Source: Eledone cirrhosa (lineage: Eukaryota). From it: DNA of 64,000 bases. Position numbers and translations under genes: made by a program. Below the pieces are notes generated by a model. The model had not been told where the DNA came from and ran no database searches. It saw only the letters and a list, made by a program, of their open reading frames with translations. Below, piece after piece: positions 12,441 to 29,400 of this stretch. Position 1 is the first letter of the stretch. The number at the start of each line of letters is the position of its first letter. The stretch is taken from contig OZ024752.1 in NCBI GenBank assembly GCA_964016885.1, positions 27,404,001 to 27,468,000 of the forward strand, written 5' to 3'.

Positions 12441-15400
12441 GAAACTGTGGAACTAGTACCAACTTCGGCTATCAACACACAAACTGTGGAACTAGTACCA
12501 ACTTCTTTATCAACACACAAACTGTGCAACTAGTACCAACTTCGGCTATCAACACACAAACTGAGGAACTAGTACCAACCACAGCTATCAACACACAATC
12601 TCTGGAACTAGTACCAGCTTCGTCTATCAACACACAAACCGTGGAACTAGTACACACTTCGTGTATCAACACACAAACTGTGGAACTAGTACCAACTTCG
12701 GCTATCAACACACAAACTGTGGAACTAGTACCAACTTCGTCTATCAACACACAAACTGTGGAACTAGTACCAAATTCGTCTATCAACACACAAACTGTGG
12801 AACTAGTACAAACTTCGGCTGTTAACACACAAATTGTGGAACTAGTACCAACTTCGTGTATCAACACAGAAACTGTGGAACTAGTACCAACTTCGTCTAT
12901 CAACACACAAACTGTGGAACTAGTACCAACTTCTTCTATCAACACACAAACTGTGGAACTAGTACCTACTTCGAATATCGACACACAAACTGTGGAACTA
13001 GTACCAACTTCGGCTATCAACACACAAACTGTGGAACTAGTACCAACTTAGTCTATCAACACACAAACTGTGGAACTAGTACCAACTTCTTTATCAACAC
13101 ACAAACTGTGCAACTAGTACCAACTTCAGCTATCAACACACAATCTGTGGAACTAGTACCAACTTCGGCTATCAACACACAAGCTGTGGAACTAGTACCA
13201 ACTTCGTCTATCAACACACAAACTGTGGAACTAGTACCAACTTCTTCTATCAACACACAAACTGTGGAACTAGTACCTACTTCGAATATCGACACACAAA
13301 CTGTGGAACTAGTACCAACTTCGACTATCAACACACAAACTGTGGAACTATTACCAACTTCGTCTATCAACACACAAACTGTGGAACTAGTACCAACTTC
13401 TTTATCAACACACAAACTGTGCAACTAGTACCAACTTCGTGTATCAACACAGAAACTGTGGAACTAGTACCGACTTCGACTATCAACACACAAACTGTAG
13501 AACTAGTACCAACTTCTTCTATCAACACACACACTGTGGAACTAGTACCAAATTCGTCTATCAACACACAAACTGTGGAACTAGTACCAACTTCTTTATC
13601 AAAACACAAACTGTGCAAGTAGTACCAACTTCGGCTATCAACACACAAACTGAGGAACTAGTACCAACTTCGGCTATCAACACACGATCTCTGGAACTAG
13701 TACCAACTTCGGCTATCAACACACAAACTGTGGAACTAGTACCAACTTCGGCTATCAACACACAAACTGTGGAACTAGTACCAACTTCGGCTATCAACAC
13801 ACGAACTGTGGACCTAGTGCCAACTTCGTCTATCAACACACAAACTGTGGAACTAGTACCAAATTCGTCTATCAACACACAAACTGTGGAACTAGTACCA
13901 ACTTCGTGTATCAACACAGAAACTGTGGAACTAGTACCAACTTCGTCTATCAACACACAAACTGTGGAACTAGTACCAACTTCGTCTATCAACACACAAA
14001 CTGTGGAACTAGTACCAACTTCTTCTATCAACACACAAACTGTGGAACTAGTACCTACTTCGAATATCGACACACAAACTGTGGAACTAGTACCAACTTC
14101 GACTATCAACACACAAACTGTGGAACTAGTACCAACTTCGTCTATCAACACACAAACTGTGGAACTAGTACCAACTTCTTTATCAACACACAAACTGTGC
14201 AACTAGTACCAACTTCAGCTATCAACACACAATCTGTGGAACTAGTACCAACTTCGGCTATCAACACACAAACTGTGGAACTAGTACCAACTTCGTCTAT
14301 CAACACACAAACTGTGGAACTTGTACCAACTTCTTCTATAAACACACAAATTGTGGAACTAGTACCTACTTCGAATATCGACACACAAACTGTGGAACTA
14401 GTACCAACTTCGACTATCAACACACAAACTGTGGAACTAGTACCAACTTCGTCTATCAACACACAAACTGTGGAGCTAGTACCAACTTCTTTATCAACAC
14501 ACAAACTGTGCAACTAGTACCAACTTCAGCTATCAACACACAATCTGTGGAACTAGTACCAACTTCGGCTATCAACACACGAACTGTGGAACTAGTACCA
14601 ACTTCTTCTATCAACACACAAATTGTGGAACTAGTACCAACTTCGTGTATCAACACAGAAACTGTGGAACTAGTACCGACTTCGACTATCAACACACAAA
14701 CTGTAGAACTAGTACCAACTTCTTCTATCAACACACACACAGTGGAACTAGTACCAAATTCGACTATCAACACACAAACTGAGGAACTAGTACCAACTTC
14801 GGCTATCAACACACAATCTCTGGAACTAGTACCAGCTTCGTCTATCAACACACAAACCGTGGAACTAGTACACACTTCGTGTATCAACACGCAAACTGTG
14901 AAACTAGTACCAACTTCGGCTATCAACACACAAACTGTGGAACTAGTACCAACTACGGCTATCAACACACAAACTTGGAACTAGTACCAACTTCGGCTAT
15001 CAACACACGAACTGTGGACCTAGTGCCAACTTCGTCTATCAACACACAAACTGTGGAACTAGTACCAAATTCGGCTATCAACACACAAACTGTGGAACTA
15101 GTACAAACTTCGGCTGTCAACACACAAATTGTAGAACTAGTACCAACTTCGTGTATCAACACAGAAACTGTGGAACTAGTACCTACTTCGTCTATCAACA
15201 CACAAACTGTGGAACTAGTACCAACTTCGTCTATCAACACACAAACTGTGGAACTAGTACCAACTTCTTCTATCAACACACAAATTGTGGAACTAGTACC
15301 AACTTCGTGAATCAACACAGAAACTGTGGAACTAGTACCAACTTCGTCTATCAACACACAAACTGTGGAACTAGTACCAACTTCGTCTATCAACACACAA

Positions 15401-17110
15401 ACTGTGGAACTAGTACCAACTTCGGCTATCAACACACAAACTGTGGAACTAGTACAGACTTCGTCTATCAACACACAAACTGTGGAACTAGTACCGACTT
15501 CGGCTATCAACACACAATCTGTGGAACTAGTACCAACTTCGACTATCAACACACAAACTGTGGAACTAGTACCAACTTCTTCTGTCAACACACAAACTGT
15601 GGAACTAGTACCAACTTCTTCTATCAACACACAAACTGTGCAACTAGTACCAACTTCGGCTATCAACACACAAACTGTGGACCTAGTACCAACTTCGTCT
15701 ATCAACACACAAACTGTGGAACTAGTACCAGCTTCGGCTATCAACAGACAAATTGTAGAACTAGTACCAACTTCGTCTATCAACACACAAACTGTGGAAC
15801 TAGTACCAAATTCGTCTATCAACACACAAGTTGTGGAACTAGTACCAACTTCGTGTATCAACACAGAAACTGTGGAACTAGTACCAACTTCGGCTATCAA
15901 CACACAAACTGTGGAACTAGTACCAACTTCTTTATCAACACACAAACTGTGCAACTAGTACCAACTTCGGCTATCAACACACAAACTGAGGAACTAGTAC
16001 CAACCACAGCTATCAACACACAATCTCTGGAACTAGTACCAGCTTCGTCTATCAACACACAAACCGTGGAACTAGTACACACTTCGTGTATCAACACACA
16101 AACTGTGGAACTAGTACCAACTTCGGCTATCAACACACAAACTGTGGAACTAGTACCAACTTCGTCTATCAACACACAAACTGTGGAACTAGTACCAAAT
16201 TCGTCTATCAACACACAAACTGTGGAACTAGTACAAACTTCGGCTGTTAACACACAAATTGTGGAACTAGTACCAACTTCGTGTATCAACACAGAAACTG
16301 TGGAACTAGTACCAACTTCGTCTATCAACACACAAACTGTGGAACTAGTACCAACTTCTTCTATCAACACACAAACTGTGGAACTAGTACCTACTTCGAA
16401 TATCGACACACAAACTGTGGAACTAGTACCAACTTCGACTATCAACACACAAACTGTGGAACTAGTACCAACTTAGTCTATCAACACACAAACTGTGGAA
16501 CTAGTACCAACTTCTTTATCAACACACAAACTGTGCAACTAGTACCAACTTCAGCTATCAACACACAATCTGTGGAACTAGTACCAACTTCGGCTATCAA
16601 CACACAAGCTGTGGAACTAGTACCAACTTCGTCTATCAACACACAAACTGTGGAACTAGTACCAACTTCTTCTATCAACACACAAACTGTGGAACTAGTA
16701 CCTACTTCGAATATCGACACACAAACTGTGGAACTAGTACCAACTTCGACTATCAACAAACAAACTGTGGAACTATTACCAACTTCGTCTATCAACACAC
16801 AAACTGTGGAACTAGTACCAACTTCTTTATCAACACACAAACTGTGCAACTAGTACCAACTTCGTGTATCAACACAGAAACTGTGGAACTAGTACCGACT
16901 TCGACTATCAACACACAAACTGTAGAACTAGTACCAACTTCTTCTATCAACACACACACTGTGGAACTAGTACCAAATTCGTCTATCAACACACAAACTG
17001 TGGAACTAGTACCAACTTCTTTATCAAAACACAAACTGTGCAAGTAGTACCAACTTCGGCTATCAACACACAAACTGAGGAACTAGTACCAACTTCGGCT
17101 ATCAACACAC
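10248..17110. repeat. Higher-order duplication, period 3425 bp (88 monomers)
   Basis: ORF offsets of 3425 (10481/13906, 11031/14456, 12472/15897, 13367/16792). 88x39=3432, minus seven 1-bp deletions (near 10754, 11065, 11550, 12506, 13090, 13401 and 13595). Confidence 0.93.
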
Positions 17111-20100
17111 AATCTCTGGAACTAGTACCAGCTTCGTCTATCAACACACAAACTGTGGAACTAGTACACACTTCGTGTATCAACACACAAACTGTGAAAC
17201 TAGTACCAACTTCGGCTATCAACACACAAACTGCGGAACTAGTACCAACTACGGTTATCAACACACAAACTGTGGAACTAGTACCAACTTCGGCTATCAA
17301 CACACGAACTGTGGACCTAGTGCCAACTTCGTCTATCAACACACAAGCTGTGGAACTAGTACCAAATTCGGCTATCAACACACAAACTGTGGAACTAGTA
17401 CAAACTTCGGCTGTCAACACACAAATTGTAGAACTAGTACCAACTTCGTGTATCAACACAGAAACTGTGGAACTAGTACCTACTTCGTCTATCAACACAC
17501 AAACTGTGGAACTAGTACCAACTTCGTATATCAACACACAAACTGTGGAACTAGTACCAACTTCTTCTATCAACACACAAATTGTGGAACTAGTACCAAC
17601 TTCGTGTATCAACACAGAAACTGTGGAACTAGTACCAACTTCGTCTATCAACACACAAACTGTGGAACTAGTACCAACTTCGTCTATCAACACACAAACT
17701 GTGGAACTAGTACCAACTTCGGCTATCAACACACAAACTGTGGAACTAGTACAGACTTCGTCTATCAACACACAAACTGTGGAACTAGTACCGACTTCGG
17801 CTATCAACACACAATCTGTGGAACTAGTACCAACTTCGACTATCAACACTCAAACTGTGGAACTAGTACCAACTTCTTCTATCAACACACAAACTGTGGA
17901 ACTAGTACCAACTTCTTCTATCAACACACAAACTGTGCAACTAGTACCAACTTCGGCTATCAACACACAAACTGTGGACCTAGTACCAACTTCGTCTATC
18001 AACACACAAACTGTGGAACTAGTACCAGCTTCGGCTATCAACAGACAAATTGTAGAATTAGTACCAACTTCGTCTATCAACACACAAACTGTGGAACTAG
18101 TACCAAATTCGTCTATCAACACACAAATTGTGGAACTAGTACCAACTTCGTGTATCAACACAGAAACTGTGGAACTAGTACCAACTTCGGCTATCAACAC
18201 ACAAACTGTGGAACTAGTACCAACTTCTTTATCAACACACAAACTGTGCAACTAGTACCAACTTCGGCTATCAACACACAAACTGAGGAACTAGTACCAA
18301 CTACAGCTATCAACACACAATCTCTGGAACTAGTACCAGCTTCGTCTATCAACACACAAACCGTGGAACTAGTACCTACTTCGTCTATCAACACACAAAC
18401 TGTGGAACTAGTACCAACTTCGTCTATCAACACACAAACTGTGGAACTAGTACCAACTTCTTCTATCAACACACAAATTGTGGAACTAGTACCAACTTCG
18501 TGTATCAACACAGAAACTGTGGAACTAGTACCAACTTCGTCTATCAACACACAAACTGTGGAACTAGTACCAACTTCGTCTATCAACACACAAACTGTGG
18601 AACTAGTACCAACTTCGGCTATCAACACACAAACTGTGGAACTAGTACAGACTTCGTCTATCAACACACAAACTGTGGAACTAGTACCGACTTCGGCTAT
18701 CAACACACAATCTGTGGAACTAGTACCAACTTCGACTATCAACACACAAACTGTGGAACTAGTACCAACTTCTTCTGTCAACACACAAACTGTGGAACTA
18801 GTACCAACTTCTTCTATCAACACACAAACTGTGCAACTAGTACCAACTTCGGCTATCAACACACAAGTTGTGGAACTAGTACCAACTTCGTGTATCAACA
18901 CAGAAACTGTGGAACTAGTACCAACTTCGGCTATCAACACACAAACTGTGGAACTAGTACCAACTTCTTTATCAACACACAAACTGTGCAACTAGTACCA
19001 ACTTCGGCTATCAACACACAAACTGAGGAACTAGTACCAACCACAGCTATCAACACACAATCTCTGGAACTAGTACCAGCTTCGTCTATCAACACACAAA
19101 CCGTGGAACTAGTACACACTTCGTGTATCAACACACAAACTGTGGAACTAGTACCAACTTCGGCTATCAACACACAAACTGTGGAACTAGTACCAACTTC
19201 GTCTATCAACACACAAACTGTGGAACTAGTACCAAATTCGTCTATCAACACACAAACTGTGGAACTAGTACAAACTTCGGCTGTTAACACACAAATTGTG
19301 GAACTAGTACCAACTTCGTGTATCAACACAGAAACTGTGGAACTAGTACCAACTTCGTCTATCAACACACAAACTGTGGAACTAGTACCAACTTCTTCTA
19401 TCAACACACAAACTGTGGAACTAGTACCTACTTCGAATATCGACACACAAACTGTGGAACTAGTACCAACTTCGACTATCAACACACAAACTGTGGAACT
19501 AGTACCAACTTAGTCTATCAACACACAAACTGTGGAACTAGTACCAAATTCGTCTATCAACACACAAGTTGTGGAACTAGTACCAACTTCGTGTATCAAC
19601 ACAGAAACTGTGGAACTAGTACCAACTTCGGCTATCAACACACAAACTGTGGAACTAGTACCAACTTCTTTATCAACACACAAACTGTGCAACTAGTACC
19701 AACTTCGGCTATCAACACACAAACTGTGGAACTAGTACCAACTTCGTCTATCAACACACAAACTGTGGAACTAGTACCAAATTCGTCTATCAACACACAA
19801 ACTGTGGAACTAGTACAAACTTCGGCTGTTAACACACAAATTGTGGAACTAGTACCAACTTCGTGTATCAACACAGAAACTGTGGAACTAGTACCAACTT
19901 CGTCTATCAACACACAAACTGTGGAACTAGTACCAACTTCGTCTATCAACACACAAACTGTGGAACTAGTACCAACTTCTTCTATCAACACACAAACTGT
20001 GGAACTAGTACCTACTTCGAATATCGACACACAAACTGTGGAACTAGTACCAACTTCGACTATCAACACACAAACTGTGGAACTAGTCCCAACTTAGTCT

Positions 20101-23100
20101 ATCAACACACAAACTGTGGAACTAGTACCAACTTCTTTATCAACACACAAACTGTGCAACTAGTACCAACTTCAGCTATCAACACACAATCTGTGGAACT
20201 AGTACCAACTTCGGCTATCAACACACAAACTGTGGAACTAGTACAAACTTCGTCTATCAACACACAAACTGTGGAACTAGTACCAACTTCTTCTATCAAC
20301 ACACAAACTGTGGAACTAGTACCTACTTCGAATATCGACACACAAACTGTGGAACTAGTACCAACTTCGACTATCAACACACAAACTGTGGAACTAGTAC
20401 CAACTTCGTCTATCAACACACAAACTGTGGAACTAGTACCAACTTCTTTATCAACACACAAACTGTGCAACTAGTACCAACTTCGTGTATCAACACAGAA
20501 ACTGTGGAACTAGTACCGACTTCGACTATCAACACACAAACTGTAGAACTAGTACCAACTTCTTCTATCAACACACACACTGTGGAACTAGTACCAAATT
20601 CGTCTATCAACACACAAACTGTGGAACTAGTACCAACTTCTTTATCAAAACACAAACTGTGCAAGTAGTACCAACTTCGGCTATCAACACACAAACTGAG
20701 GAACTAGTACCAACTTCGGCTATCAACACACAATCTCTGGAACTAGTACCAGCTTCGTCTATCAACACACAAACCGTGGAACTAGTACACACTTCGTGTA
20801 TCAACACACAAACTGTGAGACTAGTACCAACTTCGGCTATCAACACACAAACTGTGGAACTAGTACCAACTACGGTTATCAACACACAAACTGTGGAACT
20901 AGTACCAACTTCGGCTATCAACACACGAACTGTGGACCTAGTGCCAACTTCGTCTATCAACACACAAGCTGTGGAACTAGTACCAAATTCGGCTATCAAC
21001 ACACAAACTGTGGAACTAGTACAAACTTCGGCTGTCAACACACAAATTGTAGAACTAGTACCAACTTCGTGTATCAACACAGAAACTGTGGAACTAGTAC
21101 CTACTTCGTCTATCAACACACAAACTGTGGAACTAGTACCAACTTCGTATATCAACACACAAACTGTGGAACTAGTACTAACTTCTTCTATCAACACACA
21201 AATTGTGGAACTAGTACCAACTTCGTGTATCAACACAGAAACTGTGGAACTAGTACCAACTTCGTCTATCAACACACAAACTGTGGAACTAGTACCAACT
21301 TCTTCTATCAACACACAAACTGTGGAACTAGTACCTACTTCGAATATCGACACACAAACTGTGGAACTAGTACCAACTTCGACTATCAACACACAAACTG
21401 TGGAACTAGTACCAACTTAGTCTATCAACACACAAACTGTGGAACTAGTACCAACTTCTTTATCAACACACAAACTGTGCAACTAGTACCAACTTCAGCT
21501 ATCAACACACAATCTGTGGAACTAGTACCAACTTCTTCTATCAACACACAAACTGTGGAACTAGTACCTACTTCGAATATCGACACACAAACTGTGGAAC
21601 TAGTACCAACTTCGACTATCAACACACAAACTGTGGAACTAGTACCAACTTCGTCTATCAACACACAAACTGTGGAACTAGTACCAACTTCTTTATCAAC
21701 ACACAAACTGTGCAACTAGTACCAACTTCGTGTATCAACACAGAAACTGTGGAACTAGTACCGACTTCGACTATCAACACACAAACTGTAGAACTAGTAC
21801 CAACTTCTTCTATCAACACACACACTGTGGAACTAGTACCAAATTCGTCTATCAACACACAAACTGTGGAACTAGTACCAACTTCTTTATCAAAACACAA
21901 ACTGTGCAAGTAGTACCAACTTCGGCTATCAACACACAAACTGAGGAACTAGTACCAACTTCGGCTATCAACACACAATCTCTGGAACTAGTACCAGCTT
22001 CGTCTATCAACACACAAACCGTGGAACTAGTACACACTTCGTGTATCAACACACAAACTGTGAAACTAGTACCAACTTCGGCTATCAACACACAAACTGT
22101 GGAACTAGTACCAACTACGGTTATCAACACACAAACTGTGGAACTAGTACCAACTTCGGCTATCAACACACGAACTGTGGACCTAGTGCCAACTTCGTCT
22201 ATCAACACACAAGCTGTGGAACTAGTACCAAATTCGGCTATCAACACACAAACTGTGGAACTAGTACAAACTTCGGCTGTCAACACACAAATTGTAGAAC
22301 TAGTACCAACTTCGTGTATCAACACAGAAACTGTGGAACTAGTACCTACTTCGTCTATCAACACACAAACTGTGGAACTAGTACCAACTTCGTATATCAA
22401 CACACAAACTGTGGAACTAGTACCAACTTCTTCTATCAACACACAAATTGTGGAACTAGTACCAACTTCGTGTATCAACACAGAAACTGTGGAACTAGTA
22501 CCAACTTCGTCTATCAACACACAAACTGTGGAACTAGTACCAACTTCGTCTATCAACACACAAACTGTGGAACTAGTACCAACTTCGGCTATCAACACAC
22601 AAACTGTGGAACTAGTACAGACTTCGTCTATCAACACACAAACTGTGGAACTAGTACCGACTTCGGCTATCAACACACAATCTGTGGAACTAGTACCAAC
22701 TTCGACTATCAACACTCAAACTGTGGAACTAGTACCAACTTCTTCTATCAACACACAAACTGTGGAACTAGTACCAACTTCTTCTATCAACACACAAACT
22801 GTGCAACTAGTACCAACTTCGGCTATCAACACACAAACTGTGGACCTAGTACCAACTTCGTCTATCAACACACAAACTGTGGAACTAGTACCAGCTTCGG
22901 CTATCAACAGACAAATTGTAGAATTAGTACCAACTTCGTCTATCAACACACAAACTGTGGAACTAGTACCAAATTCGTCTATCAACACACAAATTGTGGA
23001 ACTAGTACCAACTTCGTGTATCAACACAGAAACTGTGGAACTAGTACCAACTTCGGCTATCAACACACAAACTGTGCAACTAGTACCAACTTCGGCTATC

Positions 23101-26100
23101 AACACACAAACTGAGGAACTAGTACCAACTACAGCTATCAACACACAATCTCTGGAACTAGTACCAGCTTCGTCTATCAACACACAAACCGTGGAACTAG
23201 TACCTACTTCGTCTATCAACACACAAACTGTGGAACTAGTACCAACTTCGTCTATCAACACACAAACTGTGGAACTAGTACCAACTTCTTCTATCAACAC
23301 ACAAATTGTGGAACTAGTACCAACTTCGTGTATCAACACAGAAACTGTGGAACTAGTACCAACTTCGTCTATCAACACACAAACTGTGGAACTAGTACCA
23401 ACTTCGTCTATCAACACACAAACTGTGGAACTAGTACCAACTTCGGCTATCAACACACAAACTGTGGAACTAGTACAGACTTCGTCTATCAACACACAAA
23501 CTGTGGAACTAGTACCGACTTCGGCTATCAACACACAATCTGTGGAACTAGTACCAACTTCGACTATCAACACACAAACTGTGGAACTAGTACCAACTTC
23601 TTCTGTCAACACACAAACTGTGGAACTAGTACCAACTTCTTCTATCAACACACAAACTGTGCAACTAGTACCAACTTCGGCTATCAACACACAAACTGTG
23701 GACCTAGTACCAACTTCGTCTATCAACACACAAACTGTGGAACTAGTACCAGCTTCGGCTATCAACAGACGAATTGTAGAACTAGTACCAACTTCGTCTA
23801 TCAACACACAAACTGTGGAACTAGTACCAAATTCGTCTATCAACACACAAGTTGTGGAACTAGTACCAACTTCGTGTATCAACACAGAAACTGTGGAACT
23901 AGTACCAACTTCGGCTATCAACACACAAACTGTGGAACTAGTACCAACTTCTTTATCAACACACAAACTGTGCAACTAGTACCAACTTCGGCTATCAACA
24001 CACAAACTGAGGAACTAGTACCAACCACAGCTATCAACACACAATCTCTGGAACTAGTACCAGCTTCGTCTATCAACACACAAACCGTGGAACTAGTACA
24101 CACTTCGTGTATCAACACACAAACTGTGGAACTAGTACCAACTTCGGCTATCAACACACAAACTGTGGAACTAGTACCAACTTCGTCTATCAACACACAA
24201 ACTGTGGAACTAGTACCAAATTCGTCTATCAACACACAAACTGTGGAACTAGTACAAACTTCGGCTGTTAACACACAAATTGTGGAACTAGTACCAACTT
24301 CGTGTATCAACACAGAAACTGTGGAACTAGTACCAACTTCGTCTATCAACACACAAACTGTGGAACTAGTACCAACTTCGTCTATCAACACACAAACTGT
24401 GGAACTAGTACCAACTTCTTCTATCAACACACAAACTGTGGAACTAGTACCTACTTCGAATATCGACACACAAACTGTGGAACTAGTACCAACTTCGACT
24501 ATCAACACACAAACTGTGGAACTAGTACCAACTTAGTCTATCAACACACAAACTGTGGAACTAGTACCAACTTCTTTATCAACACACAAACTGTGCAACT
24601 AGTACCAACTTCAGCTATCAACACACAATCTGTGGAACTAGTACCAACTTCGGCTATCAACACACAAACTGTGGAACTAGTACCAACTTCGTCTATCAAC
24701 ACACAAACTGTGGAACTAGTACCAACTTCTTCTATCAACACACAAACTGTGGAACTAGTACCTACTTCGAATATCGACACACAAACTGTGGAACTAGTAC
24801 CAACTTCGACTATCAACACACAAACTGTGGAACTAGTACCAACTTCGTCTATCAACACACAAACTGTGGAACTAGTACCAACTTCTTTATCAACACACAA
24901 ACTGTGCAACTAGTACCAACTTCGTGTATCAACACAGAAACTGTGGAACTAGTACCGACTTCGACTATCAACACACAAACTGTAGAACTAGTACCAACTT
25001 CTTCTATCAACACACACACTGTGGAACTAGTACCAAATTCGTCTATCAACACACAAACTGTGGAACTAGTACCAACTTCTTTATCAAAACACAAACTGTG
25101 CAAGTAGTACCAACTTCGGCTATCAACACACAAACTGAGGAACTAGTACCAACTTCGGCTATCAACACACAATCTCTGGAACTAGTACCAGCTTCGTCTA
25201 TCAACACACAAACCGTGGAACTAGTACACACTTCGTGTATCAACACACAAACTGTGAGACTAGTACCAACTTCGGCTATCAACACACAAACTGTGGAACT
25301 AGTACCAACTACGGTTATCAACACACAAACTGTGGAACTAGTACCAACTTCGGCTATCAACACACGAACTGTGGACCTAGTGCCAACTTCGTCTATCAAC
25401 ACACAAGCTGTGGAACTAGTACCAAATTCGGCTATCAACACACAAACTGTGGAACTAGTACAAACTTCGGCTGTCAACACACAAATTGTAGAACTAGTAC
25501 CAACTTCGTGTATCAACACAGAAACTGTGGAACTAGTACCTACTTCGTCTATCAACACACAAACTGTGGAACTAGTACCAACTTCGTATATCAACACACA
25601 AACTGTGGAACTAGTACTAACTTCTTCTATCAACACACAAATTGTGGAACTAGTACCAACTTCGTGTATCAACACAGAAACTGTGGAACTAGTACCAACT
25701 TCGTCTATCAACACACAAACTGTGGAACTAGTACCAACTTCGTCTATCAACACACAAACTGTGGAACTAGTACCAACTTCGGCTATCAAAACACAAACTG
25801 TGGAACTAGTACAGACTTCGTCTATCAACACACAAACTGTGGAACTAGTACCGACTTCGGCTATCAACACACAATCTGTGGAACTAGTACCAACTTCGAC
25901 TATCAACACTCAAACTGTGGAACTAGTACCAACTTCTTCTATCAACACACAAACTGTGGAACTAGTACCAACTTCTTCTATCAACACACAAACTGTGCAA
26001 CTAGTACCAACTTCGGCTATCAACACACAAACTGTGGACCTAGTACAAACTTCGTCTATCAACACACAAACTGTGGAACTAGTACCAGCTTCGGCTATCA

Positions 26101-26450
26101 ACAGACAAATTGTAGAATTAGTACCAACTTCGTCTATCAACACACAAACTGTGGAACTAGTACCAAATTCGTCTATCAACACACAAATTGTGGAACTAGT
26201 ACCAACTTCGTGTATCAACACAGAAACTGTGGAACTAGTACCAACTTCGGCTATCAACACACAAACTGTGGAACTAGTACCAACTTCTTTATCAACACAC
26301 AAACTGTGCAACTAGTACCAACTTCGGCTATCAACACACAAACTGAGGAACTAGTACCAACTACAGCTATCAACACACAATCTCTGGAACTAGTACCAGC
26401 TTCGTCTATCAACACACAAACCGTGGAACTAGTACACACTTCGTGTATCA
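16450..26450. repeat. Mosaic of partial HOR copies (offsets 3621, 1245 and 3194 bp = 93, 32 and 82 monomers)
   Basis: The diagnostic 38-bp monomer ...TTTATCAAAACACAAACTGTGCAAGTAGT and its flanking variant order recur near 17020, 20641, 21886 and 25080 (identical ORFs at 16792, 20413, 21658, 24852). Ends are approximate. Confidence 0.85.
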
Positions 26451-29400
26451 ACACACAAACTGTGGAACTAGTACCAACTTCGGCTATCAACACACAAACT
26501 GTGGAACTAGTACCAACTTCGGCTATCAACACACAAACTGTGGAACTAGTACCAACTTCGGCTATCAACACACGAACTGTGGACCTAGTGCCAACTTCGT
26601 CTATCAACACACAAACTGTGGAACTAGTACCAAATTCGTCTATCAACACACAAACTGTGGAACTAGTACAAACTTCGGCTGTCAACACATAAATTGTGGA
26701 ACTAGTACCAACTTCGTGTATCAACACAGAAACTGTGGAACTAGTACCAACTTCGTCTATCAACACACAAACTGTGGAACTAGTACCAACTTCGTCTATC
26801 AACACACAAACTGTGGAACTAGTACCAACTTCTTCTATCAACACACAAACTGTGGAACTAGTACCTACTTCGAATATCGACACACAAACTGTGGAACTAG
26901 TACCAACTTCGACTATCAACATACAAACTGTGTAACTAGTACCAACTTCGTCTATCAACACACAAACTGTGGAACTAGTACCAACTTCTTTATCAACACA
27001 CAAACTGTGCAACTAGTACCAACTTCAGCTATCAACACACAATCTGTGGAACTAGTACCAACTTCGGCTATCAACACATAAACTGTGGAACTAATACCAA
27101 CTTCGGCTATCAACACACGAACTGTGGACCTAGTGCCAACTTCGTCTATCAACACACAAACTGTGGAACTAGTACCAATTTCGTCTATCAACACACAAAC
27201 TGTGGAACTAGTACCAACTTCGTCTATCAACACACAAACTGTGGAACTAGTACCAACTTCTTCTATCAACACACAAACTGTGGAACTAGTACCTACTTCG
27301 ACTATCAACACACAAACTGTGGAACTAGTACCAACTTCGACTATCAACACACAAACTGTTGAACTAGTACCAACTTCGTCTATCAACACACAAACTGTGG
27401 AACTAGTACCAACTTCTTTATCAACACACAAACTGTGCAACTAGTACCAACTTCGGCTATCAACACACAAACTGTGGAACTAGTACCAACTTCTTCTATC
27501 AACACACAAACTGTGCAACTAGTACCAACTTCGGCTATCAACACACAAACTGTGGACCTAGTACCAACTTCGTCTATCAACACACAAACTGTGGAACTAG
27601 TACCAGCTTCGGCTATCAACAGATAAACTGTGGAACTAGTACCAAATTCGTCTATCAACACACAAACTGTGGAACTAGTACCAACTTCTTTATCAACACA
27701 CAAACTGTGCAACTAGTACCAACTTCGGTTATCAACACACAAACTGAGGAACTAGTACCAACTACAGCTATCAACACACAATCTCTGGAACTAGTACCAG
27801 CTTCGTCTATCAACACACAAACCGTGGAACTAGTACACACTTCGTGTATCAACACACAAACTGTGGAACTAGTACCAACTTCGGCTATCAATACACAAAC
27901 TGTGGAACGAGTACCAACTTCGTGTATCAACACAGAAACTGTGGAACTAGTACCAACTTCGTCTATCAACACACAAACTGTGGAACTAGTACCAACTTCG
28001 TCTATCAACACACAAACTGTGGAACTAGTACCAACTTCTTCTATCAACACACAAATTGTGGAACTAGTACCAACTTCGTGTATCAACACAGAAACTGTGG
28101 AACTAGTACCGACTTCGACTATCAACACACAAACTGTGGAACTAGTACCAACTTCTTCTATCAACACACACACTGTGGAACTAGTACCAACTTCGACTAT
28201 CAACACACAAACTGAGGAACTAGTACCAACTTCGGCTATCAACACACAATCTCTGGAACTAGTACCAGCTTCGTCTATCAACACACAAACCGTGGAACTA
28301 GTACACACTTCGTGTATCAACACACAAACTGTGAAACTAGTACCAACTTCGGCTATCAACACACACACTGTGGAACTAGTACCAACTACGGCTATCAACA
28401 CACAAACTGTGGAACTAGTACCAACTTCGGCTATCAACACACAAACTGTGGAACTAGTACCAACTTCGGCTATCAACACACAAACTGTGGAACTAGTACC
28501 AACTTCGGCTATCAACACACGAACTGTGGACCTAGTGCCAACTTCGTCTATCAACACACAAACTGTGGAACTAGTACCAAATTCGTCTATCAACACACAA
28601 ACTGTGGAACTAGTACAAACTTCGGCTGTCAACACACAAATTGTGGAACTAGTACCAACTTCGTGTATCAACACAGAAACTGTGGAACTAGTACCAACTT
28701 CGTCTATCAACACACAAACTGTGGAACTAGTACCAACTTCGTCTATCAACACACAAACTGTGGAACTAGTACCAACTTCTTCTATCAACACACAAACTGT
28801 GGAACTAGTACCTACTTCGAATATCGACACACAAACTGTGGAACTAGTACCAACTTCGACTATCAACACACAAACTATGGAACTAGTACCAACTTCGTCT
28901 ATCAACACACAAACTGTGGAACTAGTACCAACTTCTTTATCAACACACAAACTGTGCAACTAGTACCAACTTCAGCTATCAACACACAATCTGTGGAACT
29001 AGTACCAACTTCGGCTATCAACACACAAACTGTGGAACTAGTACCAACTTCGGCTATCAACACACGAACTGTGGACCTAGTGCCAACTTCGTCTATCAAC
29101 ACACAAACTGTGGAACTAGTACCAATTTCGTCTATCAACACACAAACTGTGGAACTAGTACAAACTTCGGCTGTCAACACACAAATTGTGGAACTAGTAC
29201 CAACTTCGTGTATCAACACAGAAACTGTGGAACTAGTACCAACTTCGTCTATCAACACACAAACTGTGGAACTAGTACCAACTTCGTCTATCAACACACA
29301 AACTGTGGAACTAGTACCAACTTCTTCTATCAACACACAAACTGTGGAACTAGTACCTACTTCGACTATCAACACACAAACTGTGGAACTAGTACCAACT